Notes: a model not told the origin generated them from the letters alone. Counted from the first letter of the stretch, positions 10,637-22,495 are shown. The stretch: DNA of 64,000 nt from an uncultured delta proteobacterium (GCA_963845515.1 CAWJSR010000031.1:25659-89658); one strand, 5' to 3'. A program made the numbers and translations.

Positions 10637-11158
10637 GTGCTCCCCGTCGCGCTCGCCCTGGCGCTCGCCGCCGCCCCCTTCGTCGAAGGCGCCGAACCCG
10701 ACGACTCCTCCGAGGTCGGTGAGTCCTGGGACGTCATCGAGCAGGAGCCGCGGGTGGACCTGACGCTCTGGGGCGGCCAGGCGTGGATCGGTGGAACGAG
10801 CGGCACGCGCTCCGAGGCCTACGCCGCCGAGGCGACCTGGCGCTTCGATCAGCTGGACCTCGGGGTCTCCGGGGGCTTCTACGAGCTGCGGAACGAGTCC
10901 ACCAGCGGAGAGCTCGAGAGCTACTTCGCGCCGGTCTACCTGCTCCGCCTCGGGCAGCGCTTCGAGACGCGCAACGGGCTCCTCGCCAGCTTCACGTTCG
11001 GAGCCGGAGCGGCGAAGACGTCGACCTGGCGCTCGTGGTTCCAGGTGGCGCTCGGTGCGCGCGCCACCTTCGGCCCCGCGTTCGTCGGGGGAGAGCTCTC
11101 CTTCGAGAGCGACGAGCTCCTGCGCCTCGCCCTGGGCATAGGGGTCAGCCTCTTCTGA
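10637..11158 (+). CDS. Hypothetical secreted protein, possible small outer-membrane beta-barrel
   Basis: Signal-like N-terminus, alternating beta strands, C-terminal LGIGVSLF. Confidence 0.55.
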   Translation: MLPVALALALAAAPFVEGAEPDDSSEVGESWDVIEQEPRVDLTLWGGQAWIGGTSGTRSEAYAAEATWRFDQLDLGVSGGFYELRNESTSGELESYFAPVYLLRLGQRFETRNGLLASFTFGAGAAKTSTWRSWFQVALGARATFGPAFVGGELSFESDELLRLALGIGVSLF

Positions 11159-11184
11159 CCGCGCGCCGGCGCGGCTAGTGATCA

Positions 11185-12129
11185 GTGACCGAGATCCTCC
11201 TCATAGCGCTGCTGGTGCTCCTGCTCCCAGCGCTCTTCCTGCCCGACATCGCGAGGTCGACCGTCTCCGACCTCATCCTGCCTCCGGCGCTGGGGAGGCC
11301 CGGCGTCGTGTGGGTCTTCGGCCGCGTCGTGACGGAGAGCGTCGAGCGCGGTCCGCGCGCAGTCCGGGCGCTGCTCCGGCTGGCCGCGCGCAACTGGATC
11401 GGAGCGCCGGTGACGGTCCGCTTCCGGGGAAGGACCGCCAGCGCGGTGACCGGCCACGACGGCCAGTTCGAGGTGGAGCTGGCGGCGGGCGAGGCAGGGC
11501 CGTTCGAGCCGGGCTGGCACGTCGTGGAGGTCGAGGCCCCCGGGGTGAGCGGCTCCGGCGCCGTCTTCGTCGTGCCCGACGAGGCCCCCTTCATCGTCGT
11601 CTCGGACTTCGACGACACGCTCGCCGTGAGCCACGTGACGAGCAGGTACCGGCTCATCGCCACGACCTTCTTCGAGGATGGCGAGACGCACCCCCCGGTC
11701 GACGGGATGCCGGACCTCTATCGCTGCCTCACGTCGCGGCACCCCGTCCCCCCGGCGTTCGCGGTCGTCACCGGCTGGCCCATCCAGTTCGCGCCGCGCC
11801 TGGTCCGCTTCCTGGCGAAGAACGGCTTCCCGCCGATGGCGCTCTTCCTGCGCAACCTCGGCCGCTCCACCCTCTCCGGCTACAAGGAGCCGGTCCTGCG
11901 CCGCCTGGTCGAGCGCTTTCCCCACCCGCTCGTCCTCGTCGGCGACTCGGGGGAGCGCGACCCGGAGATCTACGCGGCGCTCGCGCGCGAGAGCCCCGGG
12001 CGCGTCCTCCGGATCTACATCCGCGAGGCGGACGAGGTCGGGCCCGCGGCTCGCTTCCAGGGGATGCTCCTCTTCTCCGATCCGCAGGACGCCGTGCGCG
12101 ACGCGAGGGAGCTGGGGCTCGGCGGCTGA
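11185..12129 (+). CDS. App1-family (DUF2183) phosphatidate phosphatase-like HAD protein
   Basis: VVSDFDDT motif I and LVGDSGERDPEIY. Confidence 0.85.
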   Translation: MTEILLIALLVLLLPALFLPDIARSTVSDLILPPALGRPGVVWVFGRVVTESVERGPRAVRALLRLAARNWIGAPVTVRFRGRTASAVTGHDGQFEVELAAGEAGPFEPGWHVVEVEAPGVSGSGAVFVVPDEAPFIVVSDFDDTLAVSHVTSRYRLIATTFFEDGETHPPVDGMPDLYRCLTSRHPVPPAFAVVTGWPIQFAPRLVRFLAKNGFPPMALFLRNLGRSTLSGYKEPVLRRLVERFPHPLVLVGDSGERDPEIYAALARESPGRVLRIYIREADEVGPAARFQGMLLFSDPQDAVRDARELGLGG

Positions 12130-12287
12130 GGGGCGAGGGTGGCCGCGGGGGCGCGACGTTTAGCCGCTGCATCGTCGGCGGGCGTCGCGGCTCGAACCCC
12201 CGGGGGCCCTGTCGCCAAGCGCGGGTTCCTCCACCACCCTGGAGCGGGCGCGCGAAGGACGGGCGTTCCGCGGAGAGACGATACGCC

Positions 12288-13172
12288 ATGAAGATCAAGC
12301 ACCTGGTCGCGATGATCGCCGCGCTGGCCGCCGGCGCAGCGGGCGCCGCAGACGCGGCGATGAAGCCCTTCGTCCTCGCCCAGCGCGCGAGCGGCGAGCC
12401 CTCCGCCGTGGTCGCCGACGTCAAGGCGAAGCTGGGACAGGCAGGCTTCCGGGTCGTGGGAGCGTACTCGCCCTACGCGGGCGCCACGGTCCTCGCGATC
12501 ACGAACGACGACCTGCTCGCGGCAGCCGCGAAGAACCGCTTCGGCGCCTACGGGGCGGTCCAGCGCGTGACGGTCACGAAGGTCGGCGACGAGGTCCAGG
12601 TGGCGTTCACCAACCCCGCCTACATGCAGCAGGGCTACCGGATGGCGGGAGACCTCTCCGCCGTCGCGCAGAAGCTCCAGGCGTCCCTCGGCAGGATCGA
12701 GGAGTACGGCCCCAAGGACGGCAAGACGCCCGGGCAGCTCCGCAAGTACCACTACATGCTCGGGATGCAGTACTTCGACGAGCCGAGCGAGCTCGGGAAG
12801 TTCGGGAGCCAGGCCGAGGCGGTGGCCGCCGTCGAGGCAGGGCTCGCCGAGAAGCGCGGCGGCGCGTCGAAGGTCTATCGCGTCGACGTGCCCGGCGCGG
12901 ACGAGACGGTCTTCGGCGTCGCCCTGACGCAGGGCTGCGGCGGCGACGGGTTCGTCATGAAGGAGATCGACTTCAAGCCGCTGCGGTCCACGGGCCACCT
13001 CCCCTACGAGGTCGTCGTCTCCAAGGGTGAGGTCTTCGCGCTCCACGCCCGCTTCCGGATCGCGGTGAACTTCCCCGACCTCTCGATGATGGGCGACAAC
13101 AGCTTCATGAAGATCAAGTGCGCGCCCGGCGCGATCGAGACGTCACTGGAGCAGGTCGTCGGCAAGAAGTAG
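12288..13172 (+). CDS. Hypothetical periplasmic protein
   Basis: Signal peptide MKIKHLVAMIAALAAGAAGA, strong GC3 bias, RBS GGAGAG. Confidence 0.75.
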   Translation: MKIKHLVAMIAALAAGAAGAADAAMKPFVLAQRASGEPSAVVADVKAKLGQAGFRVVGAYSPYAGATVLAITNDDLLAAAAKNRFGAYGAVQRVTVTKVGDEVQVAFTNPAYMQQGYRMAGDLSAVAQKLQASLGRIEEYGPKDGKTPGQLRKYHYMLGMQYFDEPSELGKFGSQAEAVAAVEAGLAEKRGGASKVYRVDVPGADETVFGVALTQGCGGDGFVMKEIDFKPLRSTGHLPYEVVVSKGEVFALHARFRIAVNFPDLSMMGDNSFMKIKCAPGAIETSLEQVVGKK

Positions 13173-13253
13173 CAGGCGGGAGGGCGCGCCGCGGCCGGTG
13201 GAGCATCCCTCACCGGCCGCGCTGCGCCACCCTCGCGGAGGAGGGGCCGCAGG

Positions 13254-16200
13254 CTACGAGGGGGAGCCCTGCAGCGGTCGGTCGCGGCCGAGCGCGGGGA
13301 GGAGCCCACCCGCAGCGCGCGTCCCGTCCGCCGGCGCGTGGCTCCGCCGCTCGCGGTGGCGCGCGTGCACCTCGAACGCGAAGGCGTCCAGCAGCTGCGG
13401 ATCCGGCGGCTCGCCGTTCAGGTTGAGCGTCAGCGAGAGGAGCCCTTCATGCTCGGCGGCGTGGTGGAGCTGCGCCTCCGCCAGCTTGTTGGGCATGCAC
13501 TCCAGCGGACCCGTGGAGATGACGGCGTCTATCTCCCCCTGCCGCCAGGCGTGGAGGGCCGTCCCCAGCGTGAGGATCGCCTCGCCCCGCAGCGCCTCGC
13601 GCAGGTACCCGGAGCCCACGCGCACCGCGTCGGCCACGCGCGGCGACGCCGCCCAGCCCATCGGGCCCGCGGCCGCCCCGTGACACGCCTCCAGGATGCG
13701 GTTGCGGACCCAGCCCTCCAGCGCGTGGGCGACGCCCCTCTTCGCTCCTCCCAGGAAGAACGAGTAGTAGAGGAACTCGGTCATCGGGACGACGCGCGCG
13801 CGCAGGCCGCGCCGGTGCAGCGCGCCGACCAGATCGCCCGTGCAGAAGGGATCGTTCCGGACGTAGATCTCGCCGGTGATCTGGACGCGCGGCAGGTCGC
13901 GCGCGCCGCGGAGCCGGGCGAAGTCCCTGGCGGTCCGGCGAAGCAGCTCGGGGATGCCCCAGAGGCGGCCGGTGGCCGTCTCGACGAGGACCCTCCGCAG
14001 GGCCAGCTCCCCCTTCACCTCACGCTCGACCCGCGCCGCCAGCTCCGCGGCCGCCTGCGCGAGGAGCGCGTCCGAGGCTCCCGGATGCGTCTCGAGCGGA
14101 CGGACGTCGCCGTGCAGATCGCGCAGCAGGTCGCTGGCGACGAGCCCCGAGAGGACGAGGGCGCCGAAGCCCGGCGGGACTCCCTGGAAGTAGTTGCTGA
14201 AGGGCGGAGACCAGATCCGGACCCGCTCGGAGAGCCCGAGCCGCTCGAGGACGATCTGGTGAAGCTCCTTGTACGCGCCGAACCGGCACGGACCGTCGGC
14301 GGAGGGCATGAAGAAGGTGAAGCGGTCCTGCTCGCTCCCGGCCCGCTCGACCCGCTCCAGGAGGCTGCCGAGCGTCACCGCGAGCGGCAGGCACTCCTTG
14401 CCCGAGGTGTGGCGACGCCCGGCGCGCAGGGTCTCCGAGGTCGGCTCGGGGAGCGCCTCGGCCGGCACTCCGACGCCGCGCGCCGCCGCGGCCAGCACCT
14501 CCGCCCCCGAGCCCATCCGGGGGACGAGGAGGATCTCGCCGCTCTCACGCAGGTCGGCGAAGGTGCGGCTGGTGACCGTGAGCCGCGCGGCGTCGATTGG
14601 CGGGCGGAGGCGGGCCGCAGCCGGCCCCTGCCGGTCCTCGCGGACGCAGTGGAGGAAGGCCTCGACCCGTGTCCGGGTCCCGGCGTCGCCCGCGTGGCCG
14701 TCGGTCTCGATGACCGCGAAGGGCTTCCCCTCCATGAGCCGGCTCGCGAAGGGCAGCGTGAAGCTGTCGGGGCCGCAGGAGTAGTTGGAGGCGAAGATGG
14801 CGTAGACGCCCGGCGTCCGCCGGATCTGCCACGCGGCCCGCATGATCCGCTGCCCGTGCCCCCAGAACATGTTCGGGAAGATCGGCGCGTCCGCCGGCAC
14901 CGGGAGGCAGTCGGCCGGGATCGCGACCGCCCCCTGCTCGCGCAGGATCGCCGGGAGGTTGGAGTTGAGGACCCCGTTGTGGATCGTGTACGTGCGCCCC
15001 AGGACCACCACCGGGAGGAGCCCGTCGCGCTCGCAGCGCTCCAGCGCGGCGCGGCCCAGCTCCAGCAGCCGCTCGTCGAAGGCCGCCTGCGCCGCGAGGC
15101 CAGCGCGGAACGCGCGCCGGAAGCCGTCGCCGCCGCCCACCCCGACCTCCTTCGCGAGCCGCGCGCAGGAGCGCTCGAAGATCTCGGAGTCGAGCCCGCC
15201 GGGCCCCACGTCCATGACCGGGGAGACGAGCCTCGCGGCGACCGCCGGCCCGAGGTCCCGGCGCAGGACGTCGGGCGCCCCCTGCACGATCGGGCAGAGC
15301 TGTGAGGCGCGCTCGCCGCCCACGCGCGGCAGCTCGCGGAGCATCGGCGCGAAGACGAAGTCGGTGGCGGCGTCGGCCATCGCCGCGACGAGGCCGTGGT
15401 ACTGCTGCATGGGCGCGCAGAACGGGACGTTGGCCGCCTCGATGCCCCGCTTGAGCGCCGTCCGGTCCGCGCCGCGGAAGATCGCGAGGTCGAGCCCGAG
15501 GCCGTGCAGGAACGTGGCGAAGAAGGGGAGGTGCCCCTTCAGCGTCAGCTCGTCGGTCAGCGCGACGGTCCGGTTGCCGCGCCGCTCGCCGAGGCGGGCG
15601 GAGAGCTCCGCCACCCACTCCTCGCGCTCGCGGAACGGATCCGGCGCCCGATCCGGCAGCTTCTGCCGGCGCGTGCCCGAGTCGTAGAGCGAGCAGCCGC
15701 CGCCCCAGGTGAAGCGCCGCCGCTCGCCCCCGACCAGGGTGGTGAGCCGGTCGATCCGGCACTTGTTGCCGCCGCCGCCGCAGCCGGAGGTGGCGCCGCA
15801 GACGAAGCCGTCCTTCTTCTCCAGCCGCGCCTCCAGGAAGCGGCGCGCGTCCAGCGGCTCGGCGCGCTCCCACGCGAGCCCGTCGGACGCGAGCAGCGCG
15901 ATCCCCAGCGCGCCGACGGTGCCGGGGCTGGGCGGGACGATCACCTCGGCGCCGGTCTGGCGCGCGACGGCGGCCGCCAGCGCGTCGGCCGAGAAGGGCA
16001 TCCCCTGGCAGAAGACGACGTCCCCGACCGAGCGGCTCCCCTTCACCCGGTTCAGGTAGTTGGAGATGACCGAGTCGTAGAGCCCGGCGACGATCCGCGC
16101 GCGCGGCGCGCCCGCCGCCACCGCCTCGTCGATCACCTCTGCCATGAAGATGGAGCAGTGCTGGCCGAGCGCCACCGCGCCGTCCGCCCGGATCGCGACC

Positions 16201-17601
16201 CCTGCCGAGCTCCTCGACGCTCGACAGCCCCTCGAAGCGCCGCCCCTGCTCCTCGATGAAGGAGCCGGTGCCCGCGCTGCACGCCTCGTTCATCGCGGCG
16301 TCGACGACCCGGCCGGCGTCGAGCCGGATGTACTTGGCGTCCTGCCCGCCGATCTCGAAGATCGTGTCGACGCGCGGGTCGTGGTGGAGCGCGCCGCGGG
16401 CGTGGGCCGCGATCTCGTTGAGCACGAAGACGGCGTCAGCCCCGTAGCAGGTGGCGAGGAGCGAGCCGACTATCTCCCGCCCGCTCCCGGTGGCGCCGAA
16501 GCCGGCGAGCGGGCTCTCGCCGGCGGGGCCGTCGAGGAACTGGCGCACGAGCGCCTGCGCGGCGCCGACGGGGTCGCCGCCGGTGCGGCGCCACGCCTCC
16601 CAGCGCGGCTCGCCGCTCGCGGCGTCGAGCGCGACGGCCTTCGCGCCGGTCGAGCCGATGTCCAGCCCGAGGAGGACCGTCCGCGGTCCGGAGCCGAGCG
16701 GCTTCGGAGGCGGCGCCGTGAGGCGGCGCACGCGGGACAGCGCCGACCGGAGCGGCGGCAGCAGCTCCAGCCTCCCCTCGGGGGCGGGGTGGAGGAGCCG
16801 GTCGAGATCGGGAGGATGGCCGCCGCGCGCGGCCGCGTGGACGGCGCAGCCGGCCGCCTCGAGGAAGAGCGCGTCCTCCAGCTCGACGTCCAGCAGCGTC
16901 ATGCCGTTGCGTGCGCAGAAGGCGCGCACGTGCTCGCGCACCCGGCGCGACCGTGCCACGCCGCCGGTGAAGATGACCCGCGGCGGCGAGCGGAGCGGCT
17001 TCACCAACGCCTCGACGTTCTCGGCGATGGCGTCGAGCAGCCCCGCCAGGATCCGGTCCGGCGCCTCGCCCTTGTTGGCGAGGTGTGTCATGTCGGTCTT
17101 CAGGATGACCGGGCAGCGGCCGGAGAGGGGCGCCGGGTCTGGCACGCCGTCGGCGAGCCGCGCGGCCTCCTCGACCGATAGGCCGAAGCGGTCGACCAGC
17201 TGCCGGAGGAAGTTGCCGGTCCCCTGGGCGCAGCGCGAGTTCTCGCGCTGCACCGCCGGGCGGTTGGCGTGCAGCTCCAGGACGGAGAAGCCCCGGCTGC
17301 CGACGTTCACGATGGTGGCTGGCTCGTCGCCGAAGAGGAGCCGGTGACCGGCCTGCTGGGCCTGCTTCACCGGCAGGCGCGGCAGCGCCGCGAGCCTGGC
17401 GAGCCGCCCCGTCACCGCCGCCGAGTCGACGCCGTCCCAGTCCCAGGCGCGCAGCAGCTCGATGAGCTTGGCCGCGGGCTCCTTGCCGTGATCGACCACC
17501 TGGCGGCGGACGATCGTGAGCGCCCCTCCGGAGCGGTCGTCGACCGCCTCCACGAGCTTGAGAGTCTCTGCGCCGATGTCGATCCCTACGTAGCGAGCCA
17601 T
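13254..17601 (-). CDS. CoA-substrate-specific enzyme activase (two BadF/BcrD-type ATPase domains, DUF2229, dehydratase-like C-terminus); frameshift ~16200
   Basis: GIDIGAET, RCAQGTGNFL, GLDIGST, EIGGQDAK, NEACSAGTGSF, YSCGPDSF, GKECLP, GPCRFG. Confidence 0.9.
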
Positions 17602-17670
17602 TCTGGACCTCATGGAACACCATTCCCGGGAAGAATGGGAAAGGACGTGCGTAAGGAGGGGCCTTGACGG

Positions 17671-18678
17671 CTATGCGACTCGATGTGCTGCGACCCACTC
17701 ATCGAGCCGCTCCCACTGGGAGTAGATCCATTCGACCCGCGCCTCGCGACCAGCGGGGATCGTCGACGCGGGCACGCGCCAGAACGCGACCCGGAGCGTG
17801 CGCCCCAGGAGCCTGCCGCCCCAGAGGTCGGTGACCCGGACGAGCCCCTCCAGCCCGGTGTGCGCCATCACCACGACGTCGGCGCCAGCCTCGCGGTCGA
17901 GGAGCGCGAGGAGCCCTCCGAGGTGCGGCGGCAGGAGGCAGCGGAGGCGCCGGTCCCGCTCGAGCTGCTCGAACGGCCCCTCCGTCGCGCGCCGCGCCAG
18001 CAGGGCTGCCCGCTTCTCCGGCGTGAACCGCGTCCCCTCGGGGAAGAGGACCACGCCGTCGTCGGGGCCGACGCCGTCGAGTAGCGACTGGACGCGCGCG
18101 AGGTCGCCGGCAGTGTCGGCCGAGCCCCGCCGGACGAAGACGTTGGGGATCTGGTGGCAGCCGAGATCGACGGCTGGATCCCAGAGGAGCTCGCGCTTGG
18201 CGACGTAGCGGAGCCGGAGGCCGCGCCTCGCAGAGGCGAGGGCGGCTGGCAGGAGCGCGTCGGCGACGCTCACGTGGTTCCCGACGAGGAGGATCGGACC
18301 GGGCCGGAGCGCCTCCAGCCCCTCGACCAGGAGCGTCATCCCGAAGAGGCGCAGCAGCGTGCGGAGGAGCGCGTCGGCCCAGCTCGCCTCCAGGGCGTAC
18401 ATGTTCGCAGCCGTGGCGCGCCTGGAGAGGACCAGCACGCTCACCGCGACGACGCCGAAGATCTCGAAGGCGAGGAAGGCGAGGAGCGCGCCGACGAAGC
18501 GCGTCCCCGCGAGCCGCCTGCGGAGCAACAGATCGTGCGCGAGCGCGAGCGGCAGCAGGACGGGGAGGAGCGCCGCCCAGCGAGGAGCGCGAGGACGAAG
18601 GCGGGGATGGTGACGATACGCCGGAGGCTCCGCTGGAGCGGGCCATCGCCTGGATCTGGCCTGGAGCTGCGCGGCCAC
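17671..18678 (-). CDS. 1-acyl-sn-glycerol-3-phosphate acyltransferase family (PlsC-like); start uncertain
   Basis: NHVSVAD (HX4D), YVAKREL, LFPEGTR. Confidence 0.85.
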   Translation of the reverse strand: MAAQLQARSRRWPAPAEPPAYRHHPRLRPRAPRWAALLPVLLPLALAHDLLLRRRLAGTRFVGALLAFLAFEIFGVVAVSVLVLSRRATAANMYALEASWADALLRTLLRLFGMTLLVEGLEALRPGPILLVGNHVSVADALLPAALASARRGLRLRYVAKRELLWDPAVDLGCHQIPNVFVRRGSADTAGDLARVQSLLDGVGPDDGVVLFPEGTRFTPEKRAALLARRATEGPFEQLERDRRLRCLLPPHLGGLLALLDREAGADVVVMAHTGLEGLVRVTDLWGGRLLGRTLRVAFWRVPASTIPAGREARVEWIYSQWERLDEWVAAHRVA

Positions 18679-18783
18679 GGTCCGGTTGTAGCGCGGAACG
18701 GCAGGCGACGCCCCCCAGGGCCCCCCTCACGGGGCTCCAGATGGATACCGGCGCCCTGCCGCCTTAGATCCATGGGCACTGCG

Positions 18784-19574
18784 ATGACGCAACCCGCGCA
18801 CCCGTCCTCTTCGTGTCACACGGCGCGCCCACCGAGGCGCTGGAGCTGGACGGCTGGACGCAGGCGGTCGCGCGCTTCGGGCGGGAGCTGCCGAAGCCGG
18901 CCGCGATCGTCGCGGTCTCCGCCCACTGGGTGACTCCTGGTGTGGTCGGCGTGACGGCGTCGCCGTCCCCCGAGACGATCCACGACTTCTACGGCTTCCC
19001 CGGCGCGCTCTACCGGATCCAGTACCCGTCGCCCGGCGATCCCGCCCTGGCCGCGAGGATCGTCGCGCGGCTCCAGCGCGCGGGGATCGACGCCGCCGCG
19101 GACCCCGAGCGCGGCCTCGACCACGGCGCCTGGTCCCCGCTGCTGCACGGCTGGCCGCTCGCCGAGGCGCCGGTGGTCCAGGTCTCGCTGCCGGTGGCGC
19201 TCCCCGCCGAGCTCCTGCGCTTCGGCGCGGCGCTGGCGCCGCTCCGCGACGAGGGGATCCTCCTGTTGGCGAGCGGCGGCGCCGTGCACAACCTCGGCGA
19301 GGTCGCCTTCGAGGACAAGGAGCGTGGCGCCAGGGGATGGGCGGCGGAGTTCGACGGCTGGGTGGCGGCCAGGGTCGCGGAGCTCGACGTCGCGGCCCTC
19401 GTGCGCTGGAAGGCGGAGGCGCCGCACGCCAGCCGGGCGCACCCGACCACCGAGCACTTCGATCCGCTCCTCGTCGCGGTGGGCGCGCGCGCGCCCGGGG
19501 ACGAGCCGGTGGTCGTCCACGAGGGGTTCAGCTACGGCACCCTGAGCATGCGGAGCTTCGCGCTCCGCTCATAG
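18784..19574 (+). CDS. Extradiol ring-cleavage dioxygenase, DODA/YgiD-like
   Basis: FVSHGAP, SAHW, IHDFYGFP, LDHGAW, SGGAVHNL, HPTTEHF, LSMRS. Confidence 0.9.
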
Positions 19575-19620
19575 TGCGGGTCGGCGCTCGTGCCGCCCCG
19601 AGGCGAAGAAGGAGCACATC

Positions 19621-20215
19621 ATGAAGAGCATCGTACGTACCGTCGCGCGTCGCGCTGGCCCTCGCGCCGGCGCTCGCGCTGGGGCAGTCGAGCACCTGGA
19701 GCTTCGACCCGGCCCACAGCCACGCCAGCTTCAGCGTCCGCCACATGGTCATCAGCAACGTGCGCGGCGAGTTCGGGAAGATGAGCGGGACGGTCACGCT
19801 CGACGAGAAGGACGTCACGAAGTCCACCGTGGAGGCGGTGATAGACGCGACGACGATCGACACGCGCGAGGCGAAGCGCGACGAGCACCTCCGCTCGGCG
19901 GACTTCTTCGACGTCGCGAAGCACCCGACCATCACCTTCAAGTCGACGAAGGTCGAGAAGGCGGGGAAGGACGGCCTGAAGGTGACCGGCGACCTCACGA
20001 TCCGCGGCACCACGAAGCCGGTGGTCCTCAAGGTCACGGGCCCCACCGGTGAGGTGAAGGACCCTTACGCCAACATCCGGCGCGGCGTCTCGGCGACGAC
20101 GAAGGTCAACCGGAACGACTACGGCGTCGCCTGGTCGGGGGTCCTGGAGGGCGGCGGCGCGATCGTCGGCAACGACGTCAACATCGAGCTCGAGGTCGAG
20201 CTGGTGAAGAAGTAA
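19621..20215 (+). CDS. YceI-family protein; frameshift in signal peptide
   Basis: DPAHS...FSVRHMVISNVRGEF, RDEHLRSADFFD, GDLTIRGTTKPV. Confidence 0.92.
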
Positions 20216-20231
20216 CTCGAAGTCATCCCAC

Positions 20232-20368
20232 CGCTGACCGTTAATCGCGTCCTCGCGCCCTGGGGATGCACCTCTCCCCCGCCCCCGCGCTGACCGTTCA
20301 TCGAGTCTTCGCGCCCTGGAGATGCACCTCTCCCCCGCCCCCGCGGGGGAGAGGCTGGGTGAGGGGGC
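20232..20368. repeat. 56-bp imperfect tandem duplication ending in a REP-like palindrome
   Basis: CGCTGACCGTT.ATCG.GTC.TCGCGCCCTGG.GATGCACCTCTCCCCCGCCCCCG at 20232 and 20288, then GGGGGAGAGGCTGGGTGAGGGG. Confidence 0.85.
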
Positions 20369-20427
20369 GTCGTACCTTCGGCGAGGGAGGGAGCCAACTG
20401 AATCCAGAGACGGACCGGTGAGGCGGG

Positions 20428-21036
20428 TCACTCTCCAACCGTCGCATACGTGGGCCGCCCCTTCCGCCGGTACGTGCTGAAGATGACGCCGGAGGGCGTC
20501 GTCCGCGAGCTGACCAGCTCGAACGCGGTGGGCACCGTCCCGGAGCCGAAGAGCCGCTTCCCCGCGCCCAGGATGATGGGGAAGACGATCAGGTTGAGCT
20601 CGTCGACGAGCCCCTTCTGGAGCAGCGTCTGCGCCAGCCCGGGGCTGCCGTGCACCTGCAGCTCGCCCCCGGGCTGCTGCTTCAGGCGAGCGACCTCTCC
20701 CTCGACGTCGCGGATCAGCGTGCTGCCGCTCCAGTCGACCCGGTCGAGGGTCTTCGACGCGACGTACTTCGGGAGCTTGTTGAGCGCCGCGGCGATCGTG
20801 TGCGCCGGGTCGGTCACCTTCGGCCAGTAGCTCGCGAAGATCTGGTACGTCCCGCGCCCTAGCAGGAACGCGCCGGGGCGGGTGAAGACCTCGTCCATCA
20901 ACTGGCCGGCCTGCTCGTCGAAGTAGGGAGCGACCCAGCCGCCGTGCTCGAAGGAGCCGCTCCGGTCCTCGTCCGGTCCTCCCGGGGCCTGCATCACGCC
21001 GTCCAGCGTCAGGAAGGTCGTCATGGTCAGCTTCAT
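20428..21036 (-). CDS. Dihydrofolate reductase / RibD C-terminal family protein
   Basis: FLTLDGVMQAPGGPDED, LLGRGTY, GSPGLAQTL, LVDEL...GAGKRLF. Confidence 0.9.
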   Translation of the reverse strand: MKLTMTTFLTLDGVMQAPGGPDEDRSGSFEHGGWVAPYFDEQAGQLMDEVFTRPGAFLLGRGTYQIFASYWPKVTDPAHTIAAALNKLPKYVASKTLDRVDWSGSTLIRDVEGEVARLKQQPGGELQVHGSPGLAQTLLQKGLVDELNLIVFPIILGAGKRLFGSGTVPTAFELVSSRTTPSGVIFSTYRRKGRPTYATVGE

Positions 21037-21128
21037 CGGCTGCGTCCTTTCCGCTTCGTCCGTTCCGCTAACGGCCGAGGCGGGCGGCCGCAAGGACCGA
21101 TCGAGTCCAGCACCCGCCGACCTATCGA

Positions 21129-21608
21129 TCAGCCGCGAAAGCGCCGCGTCGGCGGCCCCACTCCGGACCGCCACCACGCGCCCCAGGCGCTCGGGCGGGT
21201 GACGATGGCGAGCAGCAGTGGCGCCGGGTTGAAGGAGGTGGTTCGTGCCTTGACCTTGTCCCCGACGAAGGTGAACCGATCCCTGGCGTTCCAGAGGAAT
21301 GGCCTGCCGCCGAGCGTCGCCGAGAGCTCTACGTCGATCACCAGGACGTCCCCGTCCACCGTCGCCCGGCTCACGGATCCCCGCAGGTCCGGGAAGAGGG
21401 AGAAGACGCGGCGGAACTGCTCCCGGAACCCCTCGTGCCCCACCGCGACAGGCTCCAGCGGCAGCGTGCCGCGCACGTCCGCGTGCATCCACGGGAGGAA
21501 GCGCGCCACGAAAGGCTCGTAGGCGGGCTCCTTCCAGCCCTCCTCGAAGACCTGGACGAAGCGATGCGGTGGCGAATCGGAAGCTCGTGCGAGGTCGGGC
21601 ATGGTCAT
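21129..21608 (-). CDS. SnoaL/NTF2-like protein
   Basis: HADV...PLEPVAVGHEGFREQFRRVFSLFPDL pattern. Confidence 0.7.
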   Translation of the reverse strand: MTMPDLARASDSPPHRFVQVFEEGWKEPAYEPFVARFLPWMHADVRGTLPLEPVAVGHEGFREQFRRVFSLFPDLRGSVSRATVDGDVLVIDVELSATLGGRPFLWNARDRFTFVGDKVKARTTSFNPAPLLLAIVTRPSAWGAWWRSGVGPPTRRFRG

Positions 21609-21786
21609 GGCTCCAGGGGTTCGTGCCACTCCGGGGTGGACCGATTCGGAGAAGGGCGAATTCGCGTCCAGCGGCGCGAGCCCGAGCGCCCGGCGTCCCC
21701 ACCGGCCGCCGCGCGGCCGGCCTTCGCGCGGAAACGCTGAACGTCCGTCCCCCGCGCTCGGCACGCAGGTTGCTCTCCTGGGCGCT

Positions 21787-22463
21787 ATGCAGACCCAGGT
21801 GGAGAGCGACGAACCGCCCCGCGCGCGGCTCCTGAGCGCCGGAGCGCGATCCCTGAGCGACCTCGAGCTGCTCGCCGTGGTCCTCGGGCGCCGGCGCGGC
21901 AGGGGCGGCGGCCTGCGCGGCGGCGCGGTCCCTGTTCGAGGTGGCGCCGCTCGCCGAGCTGGCGTGGGCGCCGCCGGACGCGCATCGCCGGTGCGCCCGG
22001 GGTCGGCCTCGCGCGGGCGTCGGTGCTGGCCGCCGCCTTCGAGCTGGGGCGGCGGGCCGCCTGGACGCCGCCGCAGCGCGGGGAGCGCTGCCTCGACCCG
22101 GGGCGCGTCCACGAGCTGATGCGCCACGCCGCCTTCGCCGAGCGCGAGGCGTTCCACGTCGTGCTGCTCGACGTCCGCGGCCGGCTGTTGCGGGCGGTCC
22201 AGGTGGCGGAGGGGTCGCTGACGCAGTGCCCGGTCTCGCCGCGCGACGCGCTCCGGCCTGCGGTCCGTGAGGGGGCGCACGGCGTGGTCTTCGTCCACAA
22301 CCACCCGAGCGGCGATCCGGCGCCGAGCCCGGAGGACTTCGACCTGACCGAGCGGCTGCGCGCGGCCGCGGAGCTGGTGGGCGTGCTCGCCCGGGACCAC
22401 GTCATCGTCGCGAGCGGCGGGTACTACAGCTTCGTGGCGGCCGGACGGTGGAGGAAGGGTTGA
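21787..22463 (+). CDS. radC: RadC-family JAB domain protein, frameshifted
   Basis: PRARLLSAGARSLSDLELLAVVL N-terminus; HNHPSGDPAPSPED and DHVIV. Confidence 0.92.
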
Positions 22464-22476
22464 TCGATGAGGCGGC

Positions 22477-22495
22477 GACCGTACATTATACGGTC
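22477..22495 (+). promoter_or_regulatory. Putative TA operator (GACCGTA-N5-TACGGTC) next to ATG
   Basis: Perfect 7-bp inverted repeat directly before ATG 22496; TTGATC at 22460. Confidence 0.6.
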
